Shown here in pieces: positions 11,018 through 19,604 of a stretch of DNA of 45,610 bases (position 1 is the stretch's first letter; each line of letters begins with the position of its first letter). The position numbers and the translations under genes were made by a program. The DNA is from Patescibacteria group bacterium (lineage in GTDB: Bacteria > Patescibacteriota > Microgenomatia > Levybacterales > UBA12049), in contig JBBTVO010000012.1 of NCBI GenBank assembly GCA_038063195.1, positions 1 through 45,610 of the forward strand. Reading direction: 5' to 3'. Under the pieces are notes generated by a model. That model did no database searches, was not told the DNA's origin, and worked only from the letters and a program-made list of their open reading frames with translations.

Positions 11018-11326
11018 ATGCCAAAAGGTAGAATACGAGTACGTTTAAAAAGTTATGATGCCCGAGTAATTGACCTCTGTTGCCAGCAGATCTTAGATAC
11101 TGCAATTAGAACTGGTGCAAAGGTCGTAGGTCCTATTCCTCTTCCCACCAAAAGAAGCGTTTATGCAGTCAACAAATCCCCATTTATAGATAAAGATGCA
11201 CGAGACCATTTCGAAATAAAAGTTCACAAAAGACTTATTGATATAATGTCTCCGACAGAAAAAACAATTGATTCTTTAACTCACCTAGAGCTTCCCGCAG
11301 GTGTAAATATTGAGATAAAGATGTAA
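11018..11326 (+). CDS. rpsJ: 30S ribosomal protein S10
   Basis: IRVRLKSYD, GPIPLPT, HKRLIDI, LPAGVNIEIK. Confidence 0.99.
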   Translation: MPKGRIRVRLKSYDARVIDLCCQQILDTAIRTGAKVVGPIPLPTKRSVYAVNKSPFIDKDARDHFEIKVHKRLIDIMSPTEKTIDSLTHLELPAGVNIEIKM

Positions 11327-11368
11327 TAGTTTGATATACTTGACTTTGTTTGATATAATTCCCATATA

Positions 11369-11899
11369 GTGGTTACAATTACAGAGGCTCGGCCTCCCTT
11401 ATCGCCCTCAGAGGTTGGGTTTTCTATTTCCCCTATCTCGAAAGAAGAATCTCCATTGTATGAAATCTACAGTTTTGCAAAAGATGCTATCGTTGATAAC
11501 GAAGAAGCATTGCGGGAAAGTATTACTGTTGAAAAGCCCTTTGAAGAGTCCCTCTTTTCGTATGAAATAATTATTGACGGGGAACATATTTTAGTTGACT
11601 TCAAGCCTAACGGAGAAGAAATTGATGCAGAAACTTCATTTTATTATGGCGCAAGCCCAAATGGAACAACAGGAAGATTATTTAGTAATGCAAAAGAATT
11701 AATGACAGAAGTGGCAAATGCACGCGGCAAATCGGTAAATTACAGATTTGTAACAAATGATCCAGAGCTCAAATTATGGGCAATTGCTCCTGATGGAGGA
11801 AACGCTGTATTTGAATGGGATGAGACGGCGCTTTTTAGAGGACGGCTAGAGGCTTCAAGAAAAATTATTCCAATTCCTACAAACGGCCACAAAAAGTAA
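11369..11899 (+). CDS. Acidic hypothetical protein
   Basis: 176-aa ORF, GTG start 9 nt after TTGATA-17bp-TATAAT (11331-11359). Confidence 0.7.
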   Translation: MVTITEARPPLSPSEVGFSISPISKEESPLYEIYSFAKDAIVDNEEALRESITVEKPFEESLFSYEIIIDGEHILVDFKPNGEEIDAETSFYYGASPNGTTGRLFSNAKELMTEVANARGKSVNYRFVTNDPELKLWAIAPDGGNAVFEWDETALFRGRLEASRKIIPIPTNGHKK

Positions 11900-11909
11900 A
11901 ATTTTCATT

Positions 11910-11933
11910 GGTGTGAATATTGAGATTAAGATG
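11910..11933 (+). repeat. Duplicated 3' end of rpsJ (GVNIEIKM)
   Basis: 22/24 identical to 11300-11323; both mismatches are synonymous third positions. Confidence 0.85.
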
Positions 11934-11987
11934 CAGGCGCCCTATAGTTTGCAATTTATCCTCAAAACTGATAGAATTTCCTCGTTT

Positions 11988-13172
11988 ATGACAAGTCCAA
12001 CCGAATCAGAATGGAAAAGGTCAAGGATCGGCAGCGGTCTTGAACGCTCACACACTGAGCTGTCAGGAGCGGAAATTTCGGAATATTTAGATCCCGCGAT
12101 TGGAAGAGTTCTTTTTGTGGAATCTTATCCTGGAATTCAAAGAACGAGATACGAATATGCAGAACCTGGCACAAATTCATCTAATTTTTCGAACATTGAT
12201 ACTCCAGAGACTTTGGTTTTAGCAAATGACGGAAGTTTTACTTTACTTGCACGATTGTTCCCCTCCGAAAATATCCTGCATATCGGGCTTAAAGAAAACT
12301 CTGAGCCAGAATTTGACTGGGAAGTGATAGGATATAGAAGACTTGCGTCTTTCCGTTACTCACCAACTGATGGGACAAAAGCCCTAGTAAGTCTTAGAAA
12401 TATTGCATCTAGAAGTGTGGATGAAGATATCTCCCAGAGAGATTGGAGAGCTGCTCTACCAATACTCTTAAACTACATAAAAACCAGTGATGACCCAAAT
12501 CATCTTCGAATGAATAAAGAACTTCGTGAAGAAGAACTGGAGTTGGTGATAGAAAAGAAATTTCCAAATGTAAATCATCCGAAAGTAGCACAAGCTTATC
12601 AGCAAGCAGAAAACTTACTTAAGAAAATATTAAAGGAAGTACCTCAGACAGAAGCTCATGAAACAAGAGCGCTACTTGCTTCTATAGGTTTTGAACCTGA
12701 TCTAATAAAACATTTGCTGGAGTTCTATATTAAGGACGGAAAATCAATTGAAGAAGCAATAGAAGAGGCCACGGAAGATAGATTGTTAGACTTATTTATT
12801 TATCTTGCTACTCGTAATTTCACCCCTTTCTCTGAAGGGCAGGACTTTATTGAAATAAACCCCGAAACGGAAGATGGATTTGGATGGAGAATAACTCAGA
12901 AAAGAGTGATGGAAGAAGAAAATCCAAGCGATCTATGGAGTAAAGGAAAATATGGAGAAGAAATAGATGTATTTGGCAATAAGTACAAAATTTTCAAAAC
13001 AGCTGATACCATAGTGGTTCTTTTTGAAGGAAGAGAGGTAGAATGGACAGTAACTTTTCCTACTTCTGTTCCGTTCGAAGAGATAAAAAGAATTATGACA
13101 GAAAAAGACGCAGATTTTAGAGAAATTAGGGGTCTTTTGTCTAAGTTTATTTTTAAGAGCAGAAACTCCTGA
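11988..13172 (+). CDS. Acidic hypothetical protein (~394 aa)
   Basis: Long ORF; likely start ATG 11988 (MTSPTES) 10 nt after TTGCAA-17bp-TAGAAT (11949-11977); the upstream MNIEIKM is the rpsJ scar. Confidence 0.75.
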   Translation: MTSPTESEWKRSRIGSGLERSHTELSGAEISEYLDPAIGRVLFVESYPGIQRTRYEYAEPGTNSSNFSNIDTPETLVLANDGSFTLLARLFPSENILHIGLKENSEPEFDWEVIGYRRLASFRYSPTDGTKALVSLRNIASRSVDEDISQRDWRAALPILLNYIKTSDDPNHLRMNKELREEELELVIEKKFPNVNHPKVAQAYQQAENLLKKILKEVPQTEAHETRALLASIGFEPDLIKHLLEFYIKDGKSIEEAIEEATEDRLLDLFIYLATRNFTPFSEGQDFIEINPETEDGFGWRITQKRVMEEENPSDLWSKGKYGEEIDVFGNKYKIFKTADTIVVLFEGREVEWTVTFPTSVPFEEIKRIMTEKDADFREIRGLLSKFIFKSRNS

Positions 13173-13176
13173 CATA

Positions 13177-13313
13177 TTGCTTTTATTCGTGCCTCAGTAT
13201 ATAATTACTCTTAATTCTAATGATAAGTCGATTGGAGGCAGTTTTGACCACGTAGAAGAGACTAAAGATTCGCGAGAGCGGATTTAAGCGGCTCCTCGGT
13301 GGGTCGCTTTTTT
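13177..13313 (+). promoter_or_regulatory. rplC promoter and structured 5' leader (candidate r-protein autoregulatory leader)
   Basis: TTGCTT-17bp-TATAAT (13177-13205); long stem GACCAC..GTGGGTC capped by AGATTCGC-GAGA-GCGGATTT, followed by a T-run. Confidence 0.6.
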
Positions 13314-13349
13314 GTTGTCCGTTCGGCTTCGCTCAGGATTTGCAATTTT

Positions 13350-14315
13350 ATGACTCTAAATACAATTCTCGGACAAAAAAAAGAACAAAGCCAAAAATTC
13401 CTGGAAGACGGAACCAGAATTCCTGTGACCAGAATTTTAGTTAAAGGAAACGTAGTAACTAACGTCCGAATTGCAGATAAGCATAAGTATTCTGCAATTC
13501 AACTCGGATTTGGTGTTAAGAAAAACGCTACCAAATCGGTAATCGGCAACACAAAAGGGGCTCTAGAACAAGCCCCTAATTTTTTGAAAGAAGTAAGAAT
13601 TGATGCGGATACGGATTTGTCAATTGGAACAATGATTAATGCTTCAGAAGTCTTGGCAGAAGGAGACATAATTGACATTACTGGAGTTTCAAAAGGAAAA
13701 GGATATGCAGGAGTCGTAAAAAGACATGGATTTCATGGAGGTCCCAAAACCCACGGTCAGTCGGATCGTCACAGAGCGCCGGGATCTATCGGTCAGGGAA
13801 CTACGCCCGGAAGAGTTTATAAAGGTAAAAGAATGGCAGGAAGAATGGGGAATGAAAACGTAACTATAAGAAATCTTGTGGTAGTGGGAGTTACGGAAGA
13901 TGAAGTTTTGATAAAAGGTCTAGTTCCGGGTTCTGTAAATACTATGGTAATAGTCAAAAAAGTCGGAGCAAATAAAAAATTTGTTCCGCTTTTTAAAGAT
14001 AAAACAGACGAAGTGGAAGTCGCTGGAGACCTACCCGTTTCAGATGACGCCAAAACAGAAGAGATTTTAGAGAATGGTCAACCACAGGTTTCAAGTGACG
14101 TTCAGCCTGCTGGTACTGAAAATCCAACTAATGAACAGGCTTCACTAAGCGGAAACCAATCGACAGAGATAGATGATAATACAAAAGAAGATTCAGAATT
14201 GGTTTCCGATTCACTTGAAACTGGGTCGACCGATTCTCAAAACCAAACTTCAGGAGAAAATAAAAAAGAAGAAGCAAAGGAAGAAAAGAAGGAGGAAGTA
14301 GAAAATGCCGGCTAA
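13350..14315 (+). CDS. rplC: 50S ribosomal protein L3 with long acidic C-terminal extension
   Basis: IPVT, Y.AIQLG, SKGKGYAGVVKRHGF, THG, RAPGSIG, KGKRMAGRMG; start ATG 13350. Confidence 0.98.
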   Translation: MTLNTILGQKKEQSQKFLEDGTRIPVTRILVKGNVVTNVRIADKHKYSAIQLGFGVKKNATKSVIGNTKGALEQAPNFLKEVRIDADTDLSIGTMINASEVLAEGDIIDITGVSKGKGYAGVVKRHGFHGGPKTHGQSDRHRAPGSIGQGTTPGRVYKGKRMAGRMGNENVTIRNLVVVGVTEDEVLIKGLVPGSVNTMVIVKKVGANKKFVPLFKDKTDEVEVAGDLPVSDDAKTEEILENGQPQVSSDVQPAGTENPTNEQASLSGNQSTEIDDNTKEDSELVSDSLETGSTDSQNQTSGENKKEEAKEEKKEEVENAG

Positions 14316-15129
14316 AAAGATTGTTTCCAAAAAACCATTAAAAGTTGCAATAAAGAAACCAGCTGTACCAAAAAAGTCAGTAGTGAAAAAAGTAGCGGTG
14401 AAAAAAGCTGCGTCTGCAAAAGCAGTAGTTTCGAAGCCTGTTGTTAAAGAAATTAAGAGAACAACTGGAGGATTAAACGCAGATGTTTATGGCATGACGG
14501 GAAAAATAGTATCAAAACTCTCACTTCCCAAAGAGATTTTTGGAGCCAAGGTAAATGACAAGCTTATGGCGCAAGCCGTACGCGTATATCTTGCCAATCA
14601 GAGATCTGGTACTGCATCGACCAAAACAAGAGGAGAAGTTCACGGAACTACAAAAAAAGCCTGGAGACAAAAAGGAACTGGGCGCGCAAGGCACGGTTCG
14701 AAAAAAGCTCCAATCTTTGTTCACGGAGGAATAGCGCATGGCCCAAGACCGCATGATTTTTCCCTCAAGATGCCGCAAAAAATGAGAAAAGCAGCTCTTT
14801 TTTCCGCACTTACTTTTAAAAACCAGAATGGAGAAATAAAAATAATTTCAGGGCTTGAGAAAATAGAGCCCAAGACGAAATTCATGGCAGATGTTGTCAG
14901 AAAACTAGATACGGTTTCCAAAAAAAGAAATATCCTTTTAGTCACACCTGATAAGGAAAAAAGCGGACTTGAGAATCTTTACAGAGCATCAAGAAATATC
15001 GAAGGCCTTAGAATTATAAAAGCTGATTTGGTAAATACTTATGAAATTCTTAACACAAAGGCAATTTTCCTTATGAAAGATGCGGTAGATGCTATAGAAA
15101 AACATTTTGTAAAAGGAGGCGCTAATTAA
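14305..15129 (+). CDS. rplD: 50S ribosomal protein L4 with Lys-rich N-terminal extension
   Basis: GTASTKTRGEV, QKGTGRARHG, HGPRP. Confidence 0.98.
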   Translation: MPAKKIVSKKPLKVAIKKPAVPKKSVVKKVAVKKAASAKAVVSKPVVKEIKRTTGGLNADVYGMTGKIVSKLSLPKEIFGAKVNDKLMAQAVRVYLANQRSGTASTKTRGEVHGTTKKAWRQKGTGRARHGSKKAPIFVHGGIAHGPRPHDFSLKMPQKMRKAALFSALTFKNQNGEIKIISGLEKIEPKTKFMADVVRKLDTVSKKRNILLVTPDKEKSGLENLYRASRNIEGLRIIKADLVNTYEILNTKAIFLMKDAVDAIEKHFVKGGAN

Positions 15130-15449
15130 TGCTGGATATTAACCTGACACCAATTATTTCTGAAAAGTCGATGAGCGAGGCAAACAAAGGAAAGTTTACT
15201 TTCAGAGTGGATAAAAAAGCAGATAAAGAGGGAATAAGAAAGTTAGTTGCTGAAAAATTTAAAGTCGATGTGGTTTCTATTGCGACATCTATTGTGAAAG
15301 GAAAATCGAGAAGATTTGGAACAAAAAGAACCGAGACAGCTTTGTCTTCTTGGAAGAAAGCAACTGTAAAATTAAAAGAAGGGCAAAAAATTTCTATGTT
15401 TGATACGGCAGGTACAGATGAAACGCCGGCATTGCCATCTGGTAAATAA
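15129..15449 (+). CDS. rplW: 50S ribosomal protein L23
   Basis: PIISEKS, FTFRVD, WKKATVKL; position in S10 operon. Confidence 0.97.
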   Translation: MLDINLTPIISEKSMSEANKGKFTFRVDKKADKEGIRKLVAEKFKVDVVSIATSIVKGKSRRFGTKRTETALSSWKKATVKLKEGQKISMFDTAGTDETPALPSGK

Positions 15450-15472
15450 CCCCGATTGAATCGGGATAAATT

Positions 15473-16213
15473 ATGAAAAGACTTAAAACTATAAAGAAAA
15501 AAAATTCAGGAAGAGATGTCTCAGGAAAAGTAGTTGTAAGGCATCAGGGCGGACAGCACAAGAGATTTATCCGTACAATTGATTTCAAGAGAGATAAAAT
15601 GGGAGTAGAAGGAAAAGTGGTTTCTTTGGAATATGATCCAAATAGGACCGCTGATATAGCTCTAATTCAATATCAGGATGGAGACAAGAGATATATTCTG
15701 GCTCCTGAAGGTTTGAAATTAAATAATGTAGTAATTGCAGGACCGGGGGCAGGTTTGCAAGTCGGAAATGCATTGCCGCTTTCAGAGATTCCAATAGGAA
15801 CTTTTGTGCATAACGTAGAACTTACCCGAGGAAAAGGCGGACAAATGGCAAGAGCCGCAGGCACAAGTATAGCAGTAGCGGCGCATGAAGCAGGGTATAC
15901 GCATTTGAAATTGCCGTCGAAGGAAATTAGAAGGGTAAAAGACACAGGTTATGCTACAATAGGTAGCCTTGGGAACGCGGATTGGAAGAATGAAATTATA
16001 GGTTCAGCCGGACGCGCAAGACACATGGGAATTAGACCTACAGTCCGGGGAGTAGCGCAGAATCCAAGAAGCCATCCTCATGGAGGAGGAGAAGGACGCT
16101 CAGGTATCGGAATGCCGGGCCCGAAGACTGTTTATGGAAGACCGGCAGTAGGAAAGACCAGAAATAAGAAAAAACACTCGAATAAATACATTGTTCAGCG
16201 AAGGAAAAAGTAA
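15473..16213 (+). CDS. rplB: 50S ribosomal protein L2 (short N-terminus)
   Basis: EYDPNR, HNVEL, RPTVRG, HPHGGGEGR. Confidence 0.99.
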   Translation: MKRLKTIKKKNSGRDVSGKVVVRHQGGQHKRFIRTIDFKRDKMGVEGKVVSLEYDPNRTADIALIQYQDGDKRYILAPEGLKLNNVVIAGPGAGLQVGNALPLSEIPIGTFVHNVELTRGKGGQMARAAGTSIAVAAHEAGYTHLKLPSKEIRRVKDTGYATIGSLGNADWKNEIIGSAGRARHMGIRPTVRGVAQNPRSHPHGGGEGRSGIGMPGPKTVYGRPAVGKTRNKKKHSNKYIVQRRKK

Positions 16214-16302
16214 AAACTCAAAATGCAAAAGTCAAAATTAAAGTTTAAAATTCAAAAATTAATCCATTCGACAAGCTCAGGACAGAAAAGGAGAGAGAAA
16301 TA

Positions 16303-16623
16303 ATGGGAATAAGACAAGAAACAATCGAAAAATCAACAGATCCTAGCCTTCCTGGGATTTGGGGGATCAACGCTGATGATGGAAAATCATATATGTACTT
16401 TGTTAATGCAGCTCGTCTTTCAAAAGCAGGAATAAATATTGAAGAGATCTGCGAGTATATCCGAAAACTTGGCATGGATGTTCTTCTTGACGTTGGCTTT
16501 GGGCAATCCGGCGGACCTATGGAGCAATCAAAAGGAATATGGGTCAATGGTGAAAGAGAGACAGATGGGGTAAATTTAACTGTGGCAATTCTTAAACTTA
16601 GAGAAATGGGAGTAGAATTTTAA
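16303..16623 (+). CDS. Hypothetical protein inserted between rplB and rpsS
   Basis: 106-aa ORF, co-oriented, purine-rich RBS-like AGGAGAG upstream, stop 4 nt before rpsS ATG. Confidence 0.65.
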   Translation: MGIRQETIEKSTDPSLPGIWGINADDGKSYMYFVNAARLSKAGINIEEICEYIRKLGMDVLLDVGFGQSGGPMEQSKGIWVNGERETDGVNLTVAILKLREMGVEF

Positions 16624-16627
16624 TATT

Positions 16628-16912
16628 ATGAGTAGATCTAGTAAGAAGGGGCCGTTTATTGACCCTAAATTAATGAAAAAAGTTATGGCGCAGAAAGCGT
16701 CCGGCGATAAGTCGGCGATTAAAACATGGAAAAGAGCATGTCAGATACCGCCTGAGTTTGTAGGACATACTTTTCAAGTTCACAACGGCAAGAACTTTAT
16801 CAACGTTCTTATAGCAGAAGGAATGGTAGGGCACAGACTTGGTGAATTTTCACCAACGCGAACTTTCCGAAGTCACGGAAGAGTTGTAGCAAGAGAGATT
16901 AGTAAGACTTAA
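16628..16912 (+). CDS. rpsS: 30S ribosomal protein S19
   Basis: [25 protein letters not shown]. Confidence 0.99.
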   Translation: MSRSSKKGPFIDPKLMKKVMAQKASGDKSAIKTWKRACQIPPEFVGHTFQVHNGKNFINVLIAEGMVGHRLGEFSPTRTFRSHGRVVAREISKT

Positions 16913-16923
16913 AGATTGAATAT

Positions 16924-17325
16924 ATGGAATTTATAGCAATAGCAAAATCGGTAAGAATAGCGCCAAGAAAAATAAGACTTGTTGCAGATGCGATAAGAAA
17001 GCAAAAGTCTCTTGGTAAATCTTTGGATGCTTTGACACTTATGAATAAAAGAGCTTCAAATCCGGTAGCAAAGACTTTGGAAAGCGCAATCGCAAACGCT
17101 GTAAATAGAGGAGCGAAGAAAGAAGAGTTGTTTCTAAAGAGTATAGAAATAATGGAAGGCACTGCTATAAAAAGATACAGACCGTCAACTAGAGGAAGAG
17201 TGCATCCATACAAAAAAAGAAGCTCACATATTAAGATTATCCTTGCGGATAATCTAACTCAAAACTCAAAAGGCAAAACTCAAAACTTAATAACGAAAGG
17301 AGCATCTCATGGGACAAAAAGTTAA
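16924..17325 (+). CDS. rplV: 50S ribosomal protein L22
   Basis: RIAPRK.RLVAD.IR, SAIANA, KRSSHI. Confidence 0.98.
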   Translation: MEFIAIAKSVRIAPRKIRLVADAIRKQKSLGKSLDALTLMNKRASNPVAKTLESAIANAVNRGAKKEELFLKSIEIMEGTAIKRYRPSTRGRVHPYKKRSSHIKIILADNLTQNSKGKTQNLITKGASHGTKS

Positions 17326-17950
17326 TCCAAATCTTATAAGAATAGGGCCGGTTTTTAACTGGTCGAGCAGATGGTTTGATGATAAGAGATACAAAGAGAC
17401 AATGCTTGAGGATTACAACTTAAGAAAAGCTCTTATGAAAAGACTTGAGCCTGCTGGAGTTTCCAGTATTGATATAGAGCGTTCTATAAATAGTATAAAA
17501 CTTACTGTTTTTGTACTTCGCCCGGGTATGGTAATAGGACGTCAGGGTACAGGAATGGACGAGCTTAGGAAATACCTTACGGGTATTTTACCAAAAATAA
17601 ATGGTAAAAATGCGGCAAAGCTTGATATAAGAGTGGAGCCTATTAAAGAACCCAATCTTGATGCGTATCTGGTCGCAAAAAATATTTCTGATCAGCTCCT
17701 AAGAAGGTTGCCTGCAAAAAGAGTCATGAATCAGACGGGGACAAAGGTAATGGGCTCGGGCGCTAAGGGAGTAAGAATTGTTCTTGCAGGACGTATCGGA
17801 GGAGCAGAAATCGGAAGAAGGGAAAAGCTTCAGCAGGGAAAAGTTCCCCTTTCTACGATTAGAGAAAATATTGTATATGCAAGCGTTCCGGCATTAACAA
17901 AAAAGGGCTACATTGGAGTTAAAGTTTGGATTAATAGAGGAGACAAGTAG
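17309..17950 (+). CDS. rpsC: 30S ribosomal protein S3
   Basis: MGQKVNP, RPGMVIGR.G, GRIGGAEI, VPLSTIR, IGVKVWI. Confidence 0.99.
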   Translation: MGQKVNPNLIRIGPVFNWSSRWFDDKRYKETMLEDYNLRKALMKRLEPAGVSSIDIERSINSIKLTVFVLRPGMVIGRQGTGMDELRKYLTGILPKINGKNAAKLDIRVEPIKEPNLDAYLVAKNISDQLLRRLPAKRVMNQTGTKVMGSGAKGVRIVLAGRIGGAEIGRREKLQQGKVPLSTIRENIVYASVPALTKKGYIGVKVWINRGDK

Positions 17951-18037
17951 TATGAAAATTAACCTAATTGATCTAATTACTCTAATTGACCTAAAAAAAT
18001 TAGAAATTAGAAATTAAGATTTAGAAATTTTAAAGAT

Positions 18038-18445
18038 ATGTTAGTTCCAAAAAGAGCAAAATATAGAAAACAACAAAGAGGAACAATGAAAGGCAATGCT
18101 TACAGAGGCAATAAAATCGCATTTGGGGAATATGGATTATTATCTCTTGGAACGCACTGGATTACATCCCGTCAAATTGAAGCAGCCCGAAGAGCAATAA
18201 CTCATCATATTCAAAGAGGAGGAAGAGTTTGGATAAGAATTTTTCCTGATAAACCAATTTCCAAGAAACCTGCTGAGGTAAGAATGGGTGGAGGAAAAGG
18301 AGACGTTGCGGAATTTGTCGCTCCTGTAAAACCGGGAAGAATGCTTTTTGAAATGGGCGGAGTCGGAAAAGAAATTGCTCATGAAGCACTAAGACTCGCA
18401 TCGCATAAATTGCCGGTCAAAACACTTATTGTTGACAAAAACTGA
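18038..18445 (+). CDS. rplP: 50S ribosomal protein L16
   Basis: [27 protein letters not shown]. Confidence 0.99.
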   Translation: MLVPKRAKYRKQQRGTMKGNAYRGNKIAFGEYGLLSLGTHWITSRQIEAARRAITHHIQRGGRVWIRIFPDKPISKKPAEVRMGGGKGDVAEFVAPVKPGRMLFEMGGVGKEIAHEALRLASHKLPVKTLIVDKN

Positions 18446-18447
18446 TA

Positions 18448-18687
18448 ATGAAAATAAAAGAAAAGAAAGAATTATTCACAAAAACAATTGATGAGTTGAA
18501 AAGCTTACTGAAAGAAAGCAGAAATGAACTTTTCGATCTTAAACTTGCCCTTTCGCAAAAAAAACTTAAAAATACAAAAGAAGTTTTCTGGAAGAGGAAG
18601 AAAATAGCAATGATTCTAACAGCGATAAGAGAAAAAGATTTGGCTCTGGTAATCGCCGAGAAGCCGGCAGAAGGCGAGGGAAAGTAA
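18448..18687 (+). CDS. rpmC: 50S ribosomal protein L29
   Basis: EL...L....ELFDLK, RKKIA.ILT; position. Confidence 0.93.
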   Translation: MKIKEKKELFTKTIDELKSLLKESRNELFDLKLALSQKKLKNTKEVFWKRKKIAMILTAIREKDLALVIAEKPAEGEGK

Positions 18688-18688
18688 T

Positions 18689-18922
18689 ATGAAAAAAACA
18701 TTTGAAGGAAAAGTAGTATCTTTAAAAATGCAAAATACTGCGGTTGTCGAGATTACAAGAAGAAAGATTCACCCGCTTTACAAGAGACTTCTTAAAAGAA
18801 GCAAGAAATATAAAGTAGATACTGCAGGTTTGACCTTAAATCTTGGAGACAGGGTAAAGATCGTAGAAACGAGACCAATTTCAAAGAATAAATATTTTAA
18901 AATAATGGAGGTAATCAAATAA
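18689..18922 (+). CDS. rpsQ: 30S ribosomal protein S17
   Basis: G.VVS.KM, HPLYK, GDRV.I.ETRPISK. Confidence 0.98.
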   Translation: MKKTFEGKVVSLKMQNTAVVEITRRKIHPLYKRLLKRSKKYKVDTAGLTLNLGDRVKIVETRPISKNKYFKIMEVIK

Positions 18923-19296
18923 TGGTGCAACCAAGATCAATGCTAAGATCGGCAGATAATTCGGGAGCAAAAAAACTTATGGTTATTCATGTTTTTGGAG
19001 GCTCTAAAAGAAAGTTCGGATATACCGGGGATATCTTGAAATGTGTCATAAAAGAAGCAGCCCCGAATGGTCAGGTGAAGGCATCCGAGATGGTTATGGT
19101 AGTTTTGGTCAGAGCAAGAAAAGAACAAAGGCGAAAAGACGGTTCATATATAAGATTTTCCGAAAACGCAGCCGTAGTAATAGATAATATGAAAGACAAA
19201 AATCCGAGAGCAACAAGAATTTTCGGCCCGATCGCACGGGAAGTAAAAGACAGAGGCTTTAATAAAATTGCCAGTATGGCACCCGAGGTATTATAG
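18922..19296 (+). CDS. rplN: 50S ribosomal protein L14
   Basis: ADNSGAK, DGSYIRF, TRIFGP, SMAPEVL. Confidence 0.99.
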   Translation: MVQPRSMLRSADNSGAKKLMVIHVFGGSKRKFGYTGDILKCVIKEAAPNGQVKASEMVMVVLVRARKEQRRKDGSYIRFSENAAVVIDNMKDKNPRATRIFGPIAREVKDRGFNKIASMAPEVL

Positions 19297-19297
19297 T

Positions 19298-19603
19298 ATG
19301 AAACTTAGAAAAGGTGATGAAGTAAAAGTTGTAAGAGGAAAAGATAAGGGAAAGACCGGAAAAATTGAAAAGGTAATGCCAAAAGAAAATATGATACTTG
19401 TACCAAATGTAAATCTTTACAAGAGACATTTGAAGGCGAGATCTCAAAGAGAGCCGGCAGAGATAAAGACTTTGACAAAGCCCTTATCTGTGTCAAATGT
19501 AAGGCTAATTTGTCCGAAATGTAAACTGCCTACAAGGGTAGGATTTAAAATTACGGGGGACAAGAAAGAAAGAATTTGCAAAAAATGCAAAGGTGTAATC
19601 TAA
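19298..19603 (+). CDS. rplX: 50S ribosomal protein L24
   Basis: KGDEV.V..GKDKGK.G KOW motif; start ATG 19298; C..C and C..C pairs. Confidence 0.98.
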   Translation: MKLRKGDEVKVVRGKDKGKTGKIEKVMPKENMILVPNVNLYKRHLKARSQREPAEIKTLTKPLSVSNVRLICPKCKLPTRVGFKITGDKKERICKKCKGVI

Positions 19604-19604
19604 C

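Noticed and set aside
11913-11987. N-terminal MNIEIKM extension of the 419-aa ORF
   Set aside because: It is the duplicated rpsJ end plus a promoter; ATG 11988 is the better start
13299-13349. Upstream GTG start for rplC
   Set aside because: Lies within the leader stem and a repeat; L3 homology begins near ATG 13350
18443-18445. Alternative genetic code (UGA=Gly) as in Gracilibacteria
   Set aside because: Long conserved genes translate without internal TGA, and TGA occurs at expected gene ends such as rplP
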